NCBI RefSeq assembly: GCF_009914755.1
Contig: NC_060937.1
Source of the DNA: the human T2T-CHM13v2.0 reference genome, Homo sapiens
Reading direction: 5' to 3' (one strand)
Length of the DNA: 64,000 nucleotides
A program made the translations under genes and the position numbers. Every line of letters starts with the position of its first letter. Positions within the stretch are counted from its first letter, which is position 1. This document shows, piece after piece, positions 13,379-28,657 of this stretch. Under the pieces are notes generated by a model that had not been told where the DNA came from, did not search any database, and saw nothing but the letters and a program-made list of their open reading frames with translations.

Positions 13379-14377
13379 TAACAAACAAACAAAACATTAC
13401 AACTGTTTTCTTTAATGAAAGTTGAATAAGAAAAATAACTTATATGTCTAAATTCCTTAGAGTTCTCCAACCCAGTGTAAAATTAAAACTTATACCTATC
13501 TAGAACGGAAGGATACTTATAATCAGCACAATGGATTGTCTTCCCCTTTCAGACTCAGCTGATCTCTGTGTTGCAGCACTTTTGATCATCCACTCAGCCT
13601 CCTAACCTCTCCCACAAAGGAAAAGTTGACATGCCTAAGTCTTCCCACTAGCAGTCTATAATATAAAAATATATCATACAGAATCATTACCACTTACTTC
13701 GACAAGAAGATGCAAGGAGAGCTACATACACAAATTGTAATGATTACTATATTGTATGTAGATTCTATATTCATTTTTCGTATTAAGCTGGATTCTTAAT
13801 AGTGAACAGAACCAACGTGCAATATATGTTCTGTAGTCAACAACTGTAGTCCAGTTATTACTGGAATGTAGAAAGGACTTCGATATTTTATTTCATGAAT
13901 ATTTTTTGAAAACAGTATTAAAAGTATATGATTATGTACATCAGTGTCACTTTATTGTAAGGTTTGCTTATTGAACAAATTTTTTAGCAATATATTTATT
14001 GCAGGACAATAGATAAGCTCTTAAAGAATATTGTAATGACAACCTATAGCTCTTAGTTTCATTTGTTCTAAAGCTTTCCTCTAAGCTCCTTCTTAGATAT
14101 TATGTAACTTCTAGACACAAAACTTAATGGAAAATAAATTAGGCGTTGTGCATTGCTGACTTAGGACACACTGCAACTCCTTGTGCCTTCTGGATAACTT
14201 GGTTTCTACAAAAGCATATTACAATGCTACTGAAAGCTTATTTTGAAATTTCATAATTTCCCCTACATTATGCTTTATATAAAAATCTGCATTGTATATT
14301 TCTTTACATTTCAGATACAGCAAATTCATAGTAAAAATGTATCCTGAAAAGTTTCAATATGTATGTGTACAGTTACA

Positions 14378-14552
14378 TTTAAATTATTTTCCAACATAGG
14401 CCTATTTATGTCATGCTGAAACCAGAAAACTTAGTTTTGTAGAATAGTAATGTTATTTTTTAGGACAACCAACTAAAACTGCCATTTAGGCATTATATAT
14501 GACTCACTGCTGTAGTTACGATACCGTTTTTATTTTTAATCAAATCTTCCAG
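14378..14552 (+). repeat. Dispersed ~170-bp duplication, copy A
   Basis: Aligns by eye with 17466-17644. Confidence 0.9.
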
Positions 14553-15016
14553 AGGCCTTATGGCAAGTAGTATTAAAACTACTAAGCAAAAGTTTATATA
14601 ATTTGGGGATTAGTGTTTCATAGATCAGTAAGGATTCCCTATACATCTTTTGAAGGATTTGATAATTTGGAGTCCTAAAGGTACAGATCTTTCCCATATA
14701 TCTACTTCTCTGTATTCCTTCATAAAGAACATACACTTAGCTTAACACTTTATGTAAAACAACACTCCCCCTCTCAACCTAAACATGCTGCCACCCTAGG
14801 CTCAGAGAACGGTATAGAGAGAATAGATAACTCACTTACACGGGATCCATTGGATTTTTCTCTGGGGACTTTGGAATGGAGACAAGGCAATGCCGTGTAG
14901 CTTAGCTATGCATGATTGACCTGTAAAGCTGTGTACCCACTGTCTGTATTTGGGATTCGATTTGCATTGGGGGGGATGCTTTGACGAGCCACATGTAATT
15001 AATAATATCAGGCAAC

Positions 15017-15401
15017 TGATATGGTTTGACTCTGTGTCCCCACCCAAATCTCATGTGAAATTGTAACTTCCAATGCTGCGGGAGGGACCTGATGAGAGAT
15101 GATTGGATCACGGGGACGATTTACCCCTTGCTGTTCTTGTGATAGTGAACAAGTTCTCAGGAGATCTGGTTGGTTAAAAATGTGTAGCACTTCCCTCTTC
15201 ATGCTCTCTCTCTCTTGCTCCACCATGTGAAGATTGTGCCTGCTTCCTCTGCTTTCTGTCATGAGTATAAGTTTCCTGAGGCCTCCCCATCCATGTTACC
15301 TATATGCTCTGTGACACCGTAACTCAATTAAACCTCTTTTCTCCATAAATTACCCAGTCTCAAGTATGTCTTTATAGCAGTGTGAGAATGGACTAATAAC
15401 A
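15017..15401 (+). mobile_element. MSTA/THE1D-like solo LTR
   Basis: TGATATGGTTTGACTCTGTGTCCCCACCCAAATCTCAT ... TTTATAGCAGTGTGAGAATGGACTAATA. Confidence 0.9.
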
Positions 15402-16041
15402 CCAGCCATGTAGAGAAATGAGATGCAAACATAGGCACACAAAGAAATATAAGAAGACAAGATATTAAGAGAAAGACTGAGATGGCTTTCCAGCTATTGA
15501 GAAGTCTAAATACACTTCCTTAAATAAAGTTCATCTTTATACATACATTTTTTTCAGCCAATACCTAATTGTGGATATTTAAAAACTTATATTTTGAAAG
15601 TAAATTTCACTTCTACAGTAAACAAATTCATACCAATTTTATTCCCTAAGCCTGGGCTGCAAAATGAATGGGACACTTACCAGGAGGAAGTTGAAATATT
15701 TGAACAAGGGGAAATAATTTTCCATGCTAAAATATGAAATCCTCCCACTTTAGAGACAGATTTTATTTTCTAGCTGTGACTCACAATACTACTAGAAATC
15801 TCAGTTTTAATTTCTGCTCTGAGTTTAACTACCTATGTAATGATGAGGGTAAATTAATTAATCTCTGCCAATCAACAATCTCCAAATATTTGTTACATGC
15901 CAATTATGCAAATCATGGCATTTAAATGACATGGCAAATAAATAACATTTTTATTATCAAGGAGTTTACATCTTATAAAATAGCAACTATATAAAGATAA
16001 ATTAGCAATACAAGAAATAAAATAAATGTTACAAAAATGTA

Positions 16042-16868
<827 letters not shown>

Positions 16869-17119
16869 AACATGCAGGTTTAATTTCAGAACAAATTATA
16901 AATAAACGTAAAATACTTCATGGAACTGGGAATTAAAATAAACAAACATTTTTGAGAGGGAGTATCCACATTAACCTTGTGAGTTAGACAAATTGTTCCT
17001 AGCTGGAAAATAAAGAACATGAAATCTATAAAAATCAAACAAAATGTTGTGGCCATTGAAAGGTAGGGACTATCCCCAATTGTTTTGTGTAGGTTTATTC
17101 TTTTTCTAAGGAAGTTTTG

Positions 17120-17355
17120 TTGGTAGAAAGAGATTGAGTTTTCAAGCCTGGGTTTGAATCCATGTCAATCACTCATTCTATGCACTTGGCTACTTTAGCA
17201 TCTTTTAAGCTCAGTTTGTTTATAAGCAATGGAGGAAATTTCAATGGAGCTGAAAAAATTTACACTGCGTGCTGTTAAGAGTGTTGGAAATGACGTGTGA
17301 TACATCCTTAACATGTCTGACACATGGTGATGGCTCAGTAATTGGTGGCTGTGAT
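17120..17355 (+). mobile_element. MIR
   Basis: CCTGGGTTTGAATCC ... GCTCAGTTTGTTTAT ... CTGACACATGGTG..GCTCAGTAA. Confidence 0.6.
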
Positions 17356-17465
17356 ATTTATAATTAATATTTATCTGTATATTTCAGTATTTTTCACTAT
17401 ATGATAATGCCTAGAAAGATGAATAAGGTTCAAGTAAATAGAAAGGATAACCTCAATAAGAGAGG

Positions 17466-17644
17466 TTAAATTATTTTTCAAACGTAGGCCTATTTATGTC
17501 ATGCTGAAACCAATAAACTTAGCTATGTAGAATAGTAATGTTATTTTGGGGGACAATAAACTAAAATTGCCATTGAGGCATTACATATGACTCACTACTG
17601 TAATTACGATAACATTTTTATTTTTTATCAAAAAAAATTTCCAG
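17466..17644 (+). repeat. Dispersed ~170-bp duplication, copy B
   Basis: Aligns by eye with 14378-14552. Confidence 0.9.
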
Positions 17645-18184
17645 GAGCAGTAAATAACATTATGGAGGTTATCATTTCTACTTAGTTGAACCTTATTCAA
17701 AATACAAATCTCCACAATTTATGTTGTAAAGGTTATAGTGTTTGTCACGTAACCTGGAAAATTTTAATTGACATGGGTCATCACAGCTCAATACATTTAA
17801 GAAAAAATCTTGAATTCCTAATCTTATTCATTTTAGTCACTGTCCTAATCTAACTCCTGAAATTTAATATTAATCCTTTACCCCCACAAAATGACTTAGC
17901 ATCCTTAAAATTTCAATATTGCATTTTCTTATTTGGATTGAAGTTTAGATCTATTTAGAAAGTAGTCAGCCTGAAAGGCTGCTTTTTCACCATTTGCTTA
18001 TTTTATTTGCATATTTACCTCTATAAAGGGATTACAGCTCACAATAGACATAGCAGTTACAAATGTAAATATAAATTGGTATTTTTATTAACAAGAATAA
18101 AATTTTCTGTCAATTTGATTAATAATTTGGTTACCAGTTTGGTGTTCTGAAAATCTAAACTCAGAAAAAATTAATTTCAGAAGG

Positions 18185-18410
18185 ATGATTACAGCAAACT
18201 ACAATTTGCTGTATATTTCAAGATAGCTAGAACAGAATATTTTAAATGCTGTCACCTGTCACATAAAAATGACAAATGTTTAAAGTGATAGATATGGTAA
18301 TTATTCCAATTTGATCGTTATATTATCGACATGCATTGAAACATCACATTGTACCCTATAAATATGTACAATTATTATGTCAATTATAAATTTGAAAATT
18401 AAAAAAATTT
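18185..18410 (+). mobile_element. L1MA 3' end fragment
   Basis: TGTATATTTCAAGATAGCTAGAA ... ACATCACATTGTACCCTATAAATATGTACAATTATTATGTCAATT. Confidence 0.8.
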
Positions 18411-21400
18411 TCCTGAAGAACATTACTTCAATAAATCATAGACACAGAGAAAAAAAACATAATTTTATATTTCACATAGTGCTGTCTTTAAATGCTACAG
18501 TTTCCAGGAGGCACAGTTCAGCTAAACAGTGCATTTTAATTACAACATATATTAAATATAAAGAAAATATCCTGATAATATACTTATTTATTAACTCATA
18601 CTATCCTCTTCTATAAATTTTGCTTATATACAGGTAATAAATATGCACATGTAAATTAAAACAAATAAATCAAATGAAAGGGAAATAACCTTCTCAAACC
18701 AAGATGAAGGTAGGAAAAAGTAAATTTTAAATTAATACATGAAGAGAGTAAAGAAGTAATAAATCTGCAATTAAAGTTCAATTCTGAGATCCTAACTAGG
18801 TGAATCAAAGAGTGAAATGTAAGTAGGCATATAGCACAACATATTTGACTTGAAATTCTATTGAAGACCTCAACAATTATAATCTTAGTAATAGGATGTC
18901 AAGCCTGTAAAGTTTTCATTATATGGTATATTCTTAGAAAAAAAGTAGAATAATACATAGAAAGCAACCTTTACAAGGAGGTAACATTATCTATAAAAGG
19001 AAGGCAGCTTCCTCAAGAATATTATCCACCCACTTCCCAACCTGAAGTCCCAACATTTAAGGTGATGTGACAATTTATATGTCAGGGAGAAAAAATCACA
19101 TTAAATAATTTCCCAAGTGCGAGGGCTTCCAACTAGGAAATTATAGGAATGGGAAAGAGTGTAAGTAACTTTAAATGTAATAATAATATTTCAGTGATAT
19201 ATTATTATTTCTTTCTGTGCAGGAAGAGCAAGATCTCTTTTAGAGACAGGGAAGCTTGACAGGGGAGAAAAAGGCTGGGATATTTTGGAATAATGTAGAC
19301 GGCATCTTATAAACAAATCGATGGAAACAGGAGTTGCTGCTGTTGATCCTTTTGCTCTTACCATTGTTTTCTTCCCCATAGAGTTAGTGCAGAATCCCCA
19401 TTCTTATATTTCATTATTCATTCCTTTGTTATAGTCTCAGAGGCATCATTTTTGATCAGATGACTTTAATCTCAGAGATAGGTGCTATATCCTCACTTCA
19501 GACATCCTATTTGCTGATTCCTTAATGGCAATTTTTTTTTTCTCTTAACCACACCCTAAAACGAAGTAAAAATAAATACATATAAAAAATTCTGAAACAC
19601 CACAAATTATTAAATAATTGAAAATAATGAGCAGAGATTTAACAATTTAACCAATTTTAGGAGAATTTGATATAATCAATTCAAGCCCTGATACTTAATA
19701 TAAGATTCTCCCCGGTCCCCAAAGAGCAAAATCCTTTAGAATAGTGATGGCATGTTCCATTTGATACCTCCATCACATGGCAAAATACTTGATTTAATAA
19801 ACATTGCAGGTTGAATAAATATTATGTTAAAAAATTAAAAAAAAAACAGAAAAGGGAAACTGTCTATAGTGTTGTCATGGTAACAAATGAAATAATTGAA
19901 ACTCATAAATTCATCTCTCTGTGGTGATGTCTTCATTGAAAAAATTTCCAAGAGTAGTATATAATTCCTGTTTGAGAAGAAATTACTTACTTATTTGATG
20001 CACTAGCATATTTGGCCTTAAAATAATATTTTCTTTTTTTCTTCAGTGTATGTGTTTTTTGTTGTTGTTGTTGTTTTCTGTTCTCAAGTTCTAATAAATT
20101 TATTGAGAGGTAAATAATATTAGGATAACAGGAGCTCCTAAAAATGTGCTGATTGAAAGAATGACATAATGTTAAACAAGTAGTTTGAACTACATACTTG
20201 GAAATAATTATTCTAATTTAATAGATATTTTTCTTTTCTTCCTTTATCTTGCACTTGTAAAAGGGAAAAAAAGATATATGATTCAATGAACATATATCTC
20301 CAACTTGATGAACTTATGGACATTTTTGACATGAAAAAGAATTCCAGCTGATCCAAGTATCAACTTAAATTACATTATGATATTAATTAAATACTTAAAA
20401 ACATAAATCTTGGGATGAACTCTAATTGATTCTTTGAATTTATAACTATAAAGCCAAAGAGAATTTATAAGCTAAGCACAAGCAAATTATAAACCCATAA
20501 AATTAAAATTAACAACATAAATTTGAGATAATAGAACATGTGTTGTTAACAGTAAATTTCCAACCTCAATTAAAATATGATATGATTGTTGTGATAAAGT
20601 TTTCTGTTGAGTTTCACAGGCCTAGTCAACCCTAAGCCATGAAATTACTTGATTTCTCATTTTACTCACATTAAAATGCTACCAAACTTTTGTTTCTATA
20701 GTGTCATCGGCGTGTAATTTGGGCTTCACTTGGGACAAATGTATTACATATGTAGCTTCTCTATCTCATTTGTTCATTAACTTCTCATCATACAACTCGG
20801 AGCCAAAAATATCATAAACCCAAAGGCAGCCATGGCACTGAAATAACCGATCTGTATTGTATCTGATAAAGAATATGCTTATATAAGGTTATTGTGAAAT
20901 TATTATCAAAATAGAAAGATAAAACTAAAATAAAAATTTTAGTAGAGAACTTGTGGAACGTAAAAAAGCAATACTTTCAAAAACCTTCTCGCATCCATAG
21001 TAGCAAGTTTGAGAAACACTACATAGTAGACACGGAGAAAAACTAGTTTTCATACAAGTACTTTTCAAGAAACTTTTTAATTTCACCACAGAACAATTTA
21101 AGTTTATGAATTAGAAACTCGAACCCATATTTTCCAGAAAAAAATGGTAAAATTATAGTTTTGCACCCAGACCTTTACAACACAATTTAATTTATCTTGT
21201 AATATAGCTGAAAACTCTATTTTCAGTAGACAGTAGAAATTACTTCAGCAAAGTCTCTATTTTATTTTCAATGTATGAATATCAATTATGTAAATTCCTT
21301 CATGGTAGTTTCTGGAAGTATTGTAATAAGAATAATTAAACAAAAGCTCAAGAGTAGTACTTGACAGGATCTTTTTAAAATTAATGTTGAATGCAGGTGC

Positions 21401-21546
21401 CTGAGGAAAAGTAAATTTAAGTATTGAAGTGGAAGATACAGAACTTCTGTCAAAATGCTGAAAGGACCTGGTTACAAATGGAGGCTTAAAATGTTTATAT
21501 TACTGATTCTTAATTATGTCTAATTTACTTAGAAAGTTAAGTCTCA

Positions 21547-21872
21547 TCTGGGCATGGTGACTCTTATTCATAATCCCACCATTTTAGGAGGCTGAGGCAG
21601 AAGGATCACTTGAGCTCAGGAGTTTTAGATCAACCTGGGCAAAATGGTGAAACCCTGTCTTTACAAACATTAAAAAAAGAAAAAAAAATCAGTCAGGAGT
21701 AGTGATGTGTGCCTGTAGTCCCAGCAACATGGGAGGCTGTGTTGGGAGGATCACTTGAGCTTAGGAGGCCAAGGCTGGGCTGCAGTGAGCCACGATTGTG
21801 CCACTGCACTGTAGCCTGGGCAACAGAGTGAGACCCTGTCTTAAAAACTAAACAAAACAAAGACAAAGAAAG
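21547..21872 (+). mobile_element. AluJ
   Basis: GGATCACTTGAGC in both arms, A-rich tail. Confidence 0.9.
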
Positions 21873-22386
21873 AACTATTGTTCCTAAAACTAGCCTGAAG
21901 CTTGTCGTCTATTATTGAGTTCTTATTTTAATCAAATAAAATTAGTACATGCCATTTTTTCTTAGTAATCTCCTCACAGCACTAGGAAAACTTCACTCTT
22001 TCAGACATCTCAAATATTTCTGACGTTTTCCTTTTCTAAAACAAAACATGTTTATTACAAAACATACCATAACATAGACAGTCATATCTATAAAATGATG
22101 GAATTCTGCCATTAATGGATACTATTATATCTATCTTACTATTATGCCTCAAGCCATGCCAAGATGAAACATTTAGTATCTTTTTTTTCTTGATCTCAAA
22201 CTCAGGGTGCTTCAGGTAAGGGGTAAATACTTTTCTATGTGACTGTAACCTAAACTTCCACAAGTCATCAAAACTACGTAAAAACGAATTCACATGTGTG
22301 GTAATAACATTACTACATCACATTTTTTACTGGCTCTTGTTTTCAGAAGCTTGCAGAGACTCTGTACTTTTGCAAATGTCCTCCCT

Positions 22387-22425
22387 GTTGTTGTTGTTGT
22401 CGTTGTTGTTGTTGTGGTTGTGGTT
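22387..22425. repeat. Imperfect (GTT)n trinucleotide repeat
   Basis: Seen directly. Confidence 0.9.
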
Positions 22426-22717
22426 TTTAACTCAGGAGACTTTTTGCATGTGCTCACAAATAAGTTCAAGAAACTACTACCTCAGCCATTATGCGTTTGA
22501 TCTACACTTTAGCTTCTGGGCAGTACTTTCTCTCCTGGGCTCTGCTATTGCCTCTACTGGAAAGCACCATATTATTAAGGCAAAAGTTTAGTTTTATGAA
22601 GGTGTCACTGCTTCTTCCAGACACAGGCGCCATTTGCATTAGGGATCATCTTGTGTATAAGTTATTAGGGATTGTCTTGTGTATAAGTTATCTTATCACT
22701 CTGGCTGCTCCTGACAA

Positions 22718-22935
22718 TGTTGAATTTTACCAGAAACCTGTACTCCTGGAAAACAGCAAAGGTTAAAAAATCCCCCCAGTCTTGTGTCTTCCAGGAAATG
22801 GTTCACTGCAAAGAACCACACTTCTTCCTACGACTTACATAAGATTTATGGGTGCCTTCCTTATTTACCCATGACAAAGCTGGACACAGATCTTCTGAAT
22901 TCCTATTCTTTGAGTCATATAAAATTAGTTGATGA
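22718..22935 (+). mobile_element. ERV1 LTR fragment (MER31-like)
   Basis: TGTTGAATTTTACC...CTCCTGGAAAACAGC...CTGCAAAGAACCAC...GACTTACATAAGA; family assignment from memory. Confidence 0.6.
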
Positions 22936-23379
22936 GCAGTCAGGCACCCATCTTTGGTTGATGAACTTAGATTCCTATGTCTTAATCTCGATCAAAAAGT
23001 GTTCTTTAGGGAAGAATTTTGAGATATTTGGAACCGAATTCAATGTTTTACAAACGTACCTCTTATGTTTTTATAGCATCTATTGATATGCTATTCTAAG
23101 ATGAGGACAAACACACCAATATAATTTAGTAAATAGTAGTTGATAAAAGTTCTATATCCACACAGCTATTTTAAGTGAGTCAGTTGCATCCTAAAGGAAA
23201 GAGAAAAAAATATTTAGAGCAAAAAGAAAGACAGATCTTTCTTTTTTTTTTCTGTCATAGCTATACGTTCTCTGGCTGACATACACTCATAATTCAGTAT
23301 GTACTTATTGAATAAAGTCAGGAAGTTGTTGTGTAATGTAATGATATAATATGCTTCAGAGAATGAAAACAAACCAATT

Positions 23380-23870
23380 CTATATTACAAATCTGAAAAT
23401 GGACAACCACTGGCAATAGACTTTCTATGTCATAAAAGTAAAGAAAAATATAGTTGGGTCTATTGTAGATTAATAGAGATTTAAGAACCAACACAACCAA
23501 ATACAATGTGTGATTCTTGATTGACTCCAGGTGTGAGCAAATCAGCTATAAATACACTTTTAGAATATCTGAATATGCTCAAATATAGAATTTGTGGGTA
23601 TTTTGTAATATTATGTGATTTGTCTCAATTATTTTAGCTGTAATAATAGCACTGCAGCAAAATTTGAGAATATTAATTTTTGGAGATATATGCTTGAAGT
23701 ATTTAGAATGAAGTACCAATGTATCTATAATTTACTTTAAAAAGAACATATACCTAGTGATGCAAATATAGAAAAATAGAAACAGCTTTTGCATATAGAC
23801 TTGGGTATAGAGTGTATTACACTCTGTATTTTTCCAAATGTGTAATAGAATGTCCATGCCTATCGTAAAA
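23380..23870 (+). mobile_element. Ancient L1MC/ME 3' UTR fragment
   Basis: TAGATTAATAGAGATTTAAGA..ACAACCAAATACAATGTGTG. Confidence 0.55.
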
Positions 23871-24297
23871 AAGATAGAATAGAAGGAAAATAAAATATTT
23901 GAATAAATAAGATAAAAATAATAAAGTATCTATATACCTACCACTTGCTCATTTCAAAAAGGAAAGACACTTAAAAAGTTTCCTTAACACACGTGAAGCT
24001 TCTGAGAGTAAGGGAGACAACAACGCCTCCTCTAGACAAAAATGTCAGAAGGAGAGCTCTGCAAATGCCTCCCTAGCCAAAGTAAGGTGAATGGTGTAGT
24101 TAGCCAAGGAGCAAGATCGGCATGTTCTCAAGGGCTAGCATCCTATTTTCCCTGAAATCTGTACCAAAATATCTTTAGTCCTTTAAAAAATACCAAAATT
24201 AGTTTTAATAAAAAATCCATGAGTTACTTAATATTATTCTATTGGTAAATATTTTTATAAACTTACAATAATTTCATAATAAAATTTTATGGTATAG

Positions 24298-24349
24298 ATG
24301 TGTGCATGTGAGTGTGCGTGTGTATGTGAGTGTGTGTGTGTGTGTGTGT
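24298..24349. repeat. (TG)n microsatellite
   Basis: Seen directly. Confidence 0.9.
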
Positions 24350-27300
24350 AAGTGATTGTTTCCTTAGGATAATTTCCTACTAGTAAAATTGCTGCACAAA
24401 AGGTCTGAACATTTTTGCATTTCTTAATTAAGGTTACAAAACAACTTTCTAGAAAATACAGACATAGTCATAAATGGAAATTAGCATAGTGGCTACCAAA
24501 TATGCAACTTGCAATATGTAGGCATTACACAAAGAAAATGATATGCCTGGTTTTCTTATTTCATGCTCTAGCCCTATTAAGTAAGTAGACTTTACTACTA
24601 ACACTTAACAGAATAAGAAAATAAGGCTTTAATTGTTTAGGTAATTTAAGTGTACACTGAAAGAAAATTATACACAGTTATCTATGTTAATTCTTCCCAT
24701 CAAAATATATTTGATTTCTATCAACAGTTCTTGGAATATGCACCATTTCAACAGTGCATCTTATGGTTTTTAAGGGCTAATATAAGTGAAAAACTGTGTC
24801 TTACTGTTTTAAAGGTTGAGGATCTGTGTGTCTTCATTCATGGTTGCCTTTTTCCGTCTTAATCACCTCCTCCACCTCCACTTGGACATCCATATGGTTC
24901 TTATGAATTTACAGCTGATATGTCTAAATTATTAATCTTTTATTTGACCTATGGGCTAAAAATATTCATTTGTCTATACTGTGAATTGAAGAAAAATCAT
25001 GTATATGTTTAAAAATAGGAGCTGTTCGTCTAAATCCAAAAATAAATATAAAAACAAGGAAATTAATTATAAATAATTCATATGGAAATAAAATGTGTAA
25101 AAAAGTTCACTTTGTAGATAAAATAAAATTGAAGTTAAATTACCTGGACTTCTTAGTTTAAACAATACTTTTATAACTGCTTATTGGATATATTTTTATA
25201 GATTTTTAATATTTATTTCAAAGTATTTTAGGGAAATATATTAAAGTTTTCATAATGTTTTAATACTTTTTCATTTGTTTCATGGTTTTGTCTCTCTAGC
25301 AAAAATGAAGATACAGACGAACAAATTGCTAATGTATTTGGCCAATACAATTATTCTGAAAAACTTGGTTACAAAACAGCTCAACCAAATGAATATCATT
25401 TTCAGTTTAATGTCATTGTTGATGTTGATGTATATTTAGTGAAAATCTACTCAGAAATTCTCACAGAATATAATGTAGATCAGACAACAAATAAATGATA
25501 ATTCCAATATCTTGATCTTGTTTTGTATTATCTTCTGAATTTAATAGTCACTATTTTTTCCAACATATCTCTGATTTTCAGGCCATTATCTTGAAAAAGG
25601 TTCAAGTACAGTCAAGCAGTAATAAATGTTCTTAGGATATTTTACATCTTAGCCTAGAAAACTGCATCCCACTAGACTAGTCATTCACTTGAGTCATAAA
25701 TTCTTTTAGGGGAATTTGTAAAAAGGAGAGCTAGGACGAATGTTTTTCTCTTCTGTAACATTATTCATATTTTGCAAAAGAGAAATTTGGGCTTTATTTT
25801 GGTTGATTTTATTACACTTAGGCAGGTTGCAGTGAATCCTGTTCTTCATACAATTGATTTGTGAAGAGAGGTATAAAGTTCACGTAAGGAGTAAAAAGCT
25901 CATAAATCTTGATAAGTCTGAAAATGAAACAAATGTCTAAAAACAAATAAGTCTACCAGAATCCAGGCTTTTATTTTCATAATAATATGTATGTGTATCT
26001 TTTTAATTTGTGAGAGATGGATTCAGAAGTATTGTAAAATGTAACTTCAGAAGAACATTTATTACAATATTTCCTCAGAGGGGAAAAATAGGGCTGTAAT
26101 AATCCTGATCTTATATCAAGTCATTCTATGAAAAAATTGAGTTCATGTTGTTTATTAATTATTAAAATGCATAGTTTTGGCAACAACGTTATAACAACAT
26201 GAAAGAAAGATAATTACATTTAAAGTAATTCAGTGTGTGGCTATTGTACTCTTGACTCAGTCACAACATATTACTTGTCTGCAGGGGCAGGTGAAGAACA
26301 AGTTGCACTCATCTGGTACTATAAGCCTTAACTTGCCCTTTTATATCTCTCTCACCTTGAAAATCCATCTTTCTCTCCTAGTCTTATCTAAATCTATCTG
26401 TTGCAAATAAGTTTCTCCCACAGGTCTGATTTCTCAGGGAATGCTCCTTTCTCTGAAACCCAGTAAAATTGTAAAAATTTCAGGGTAACAAAGGAGGCTC
26501 TCTTTTGTGAATGCTATTTTTATTTACTAGGTAAGCAAATTGATATAATATGGAGAGTGCATATTCTTGTATTACAACAGATCTGGAATCTAATTCCTGT
26601 TATTTTACTTACTAGTCTTGTGACCTCACACATATCACAAAATTTATATTAGACTCTGTTAAGATATCTAGATGTTGTGAATAAAAATCCTTATTTTTTA
26701 GGCTTGTTGCAACTTTTACTTTCGCATGTTATTTCACCACTGAAATTATATTTGATTTCTAGATAGAATATCTGAATCCTCAACCACCCATTTTCTAGAG
26801 CCATAAAATCAAAAGGGAGATAGCCAGAGGATACAGAGAAGTAGTGTACACATTCCAATTCTAGCTATGGCTTTTGTCCAAGCCCCAGTGGATTCATGAG
26901 TTGGGTTAGTCTATTATATAAAGCTTTCAGAACTCCTTTCGCCTAGACCACTGGCAAGCTTTAGAACAACACTAAAAGCTTCACTAATGGGTTTCTTGGC
27001 CCATTTTCCACAGTTCTTTCCTTTAATCATGGCTCTCCAAATACTATGACTCTAATGGTGAAGAGACAGCAAAAAGAGCTGTCTCCAAGGAAAAAACTCT
27101 ACAAAGACAAAAGGGAAAATCAATGCTTCCCCAACTCAGTCTAAAACTGAGTCACATGCCCCCAACCTTCTTTGAGTAGGGTCCCTTCTTTGTTGTTAAT
27201 TATATAGTCAGTAATGTGTTTGTAGATGGAACTCCAAATTACACGTCCAATGGTCATTAATCACATTTTTGAAAAGTTCCAATTTTATGCAAAGTGCAAA

Positions 27301-27739
27301 TTCTATGCTCTAGGATGTTGAATCCTAGATAAGATAGGTTATTTTGCACAAAAAATGTACAAAGTAGGACAAAATTTTAAATTGTATTAAATATTATAAG
27401 ATAAATAACTAGATACCATGGGAGAGAAAAAACAGGGAGATCCTCTATTGGGTAATATGTGTAATTGCTTCTGAGCAAGATATATTTACTATATATACTT
27501 AGTAAGATATATTTACGAAGCAGAAAGACAGAAGCACAAAACCACAAAACAGAGAATAAATTTTAAAAGAACTTTCTAGAACCTTAACCAAATTATATCC
27601 TTGAATTACTTACCCTAATGAGCACAACTAAATCTCTAGGAAAAGAAAAAGAGAAGCTTAACAGTATCAGTCTTCTTTTTCTCTTTCATCTTTTTGGGGT
27701 TTCTGCCTCCCGGATGACTTCCTTTAGCCTTTTAACAAA

Positions 27740-28250
27740 CAGCAACATTACTGCTCCTCACTTCTCTGCATCATTTTCTTCTTCAGTTATTTTCTGATAT
27801 CTTGAGTTTCCCAAAGCAAGTTTGTAGTTTAGATATTTCAACAGAGAGCATTTCCATACTATTGACCCCAGATTAAAAATTCTGCCCATGACTTTTCCTA
27901 TGAGTTCTAGATGAATTTAGCTAACTTTCAACTTGCCATTTTGACTTAGTTGTCACAAAAAAAAATCAGAATATTAACATATAAGAAAATGAAAGTATAT
28001 ATTTCAATTCCACCCTATAAGAAAACTTTTTCTCTTTTTCAGTAATGATACCACTATATACCTAGTTAGTCAATCCAAAAATCTAAGTCCAGGCTCTACA
28101 GTTACTATCTTGCCCAAGCCAACACCAAATATTTCTTAGGCCATTGTAATTGCCTCCTAACATAGGATCTGCCTCTACTCTTACCACTTCCCAGTTTATT
28201 CTCCAAACACTACTACATATATAATTTGAAACAATGATTAGATTATGCCA
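27740..28250 (+). mobile_element. L2 fragment; further pieces at ~31010-31300 and ~32210-32380
   Basis: CATTGTAATTGCCTCCTAA, CTGCCTCTACTCTT, GATTATGCCACT. Confidence 0.5.
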
Positions 28251-28252
28251 CT

Positions 28253-28624
28253 TGTAGCAGAAACCGCCAGTTTTCCAATGACATTCATTTTACCTTTGTT
28301 GTTGATAGAACCACTAGGTTTGTGTTAGACACATGGTTTCCCAGCTAAAGACTAAGCACTCCATCTTCTATTGCAGGTTATTATAACATATGACTACATA
28401 TGACTAGTATTGTCCAATTAGAGGGGAGCGAGGTAATGTCTGCTACTTCAGGATGCAATTAAAACAAACATGACATATACTCCCTTGGTCTTTACTCATT
28501 GGCAGGGAAGTATTATTTCCTACAGTTGACCAGAAATGAAAGCCATCTTTTGGGAATTACCGTTCTTTGGAGCCTCGGTACCAGATGAGGCCTATGTATG
28601 TCTGGACTCTTGCAATGAGAACAA

Positions 28625-28657
<33 letters not shown>

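Noticed and set aside
19200-19380. Acceptor-like TTTCTTTCTGTGCAG
   Set aside because: No convincing downstream donor or recognisable coding frame
22294-23086. Chain of overlapping plus-strand ORFs
   Set aside because: Include (GTT)n and LTR sequence; no homology recognised
27063-27085. Hairpin GAGACAGC-AAAAAGA-GCTGTCTC
   Set aside because: An 8-bp stem is expected by chance in 64 kb and is too short for a pre-miRNA
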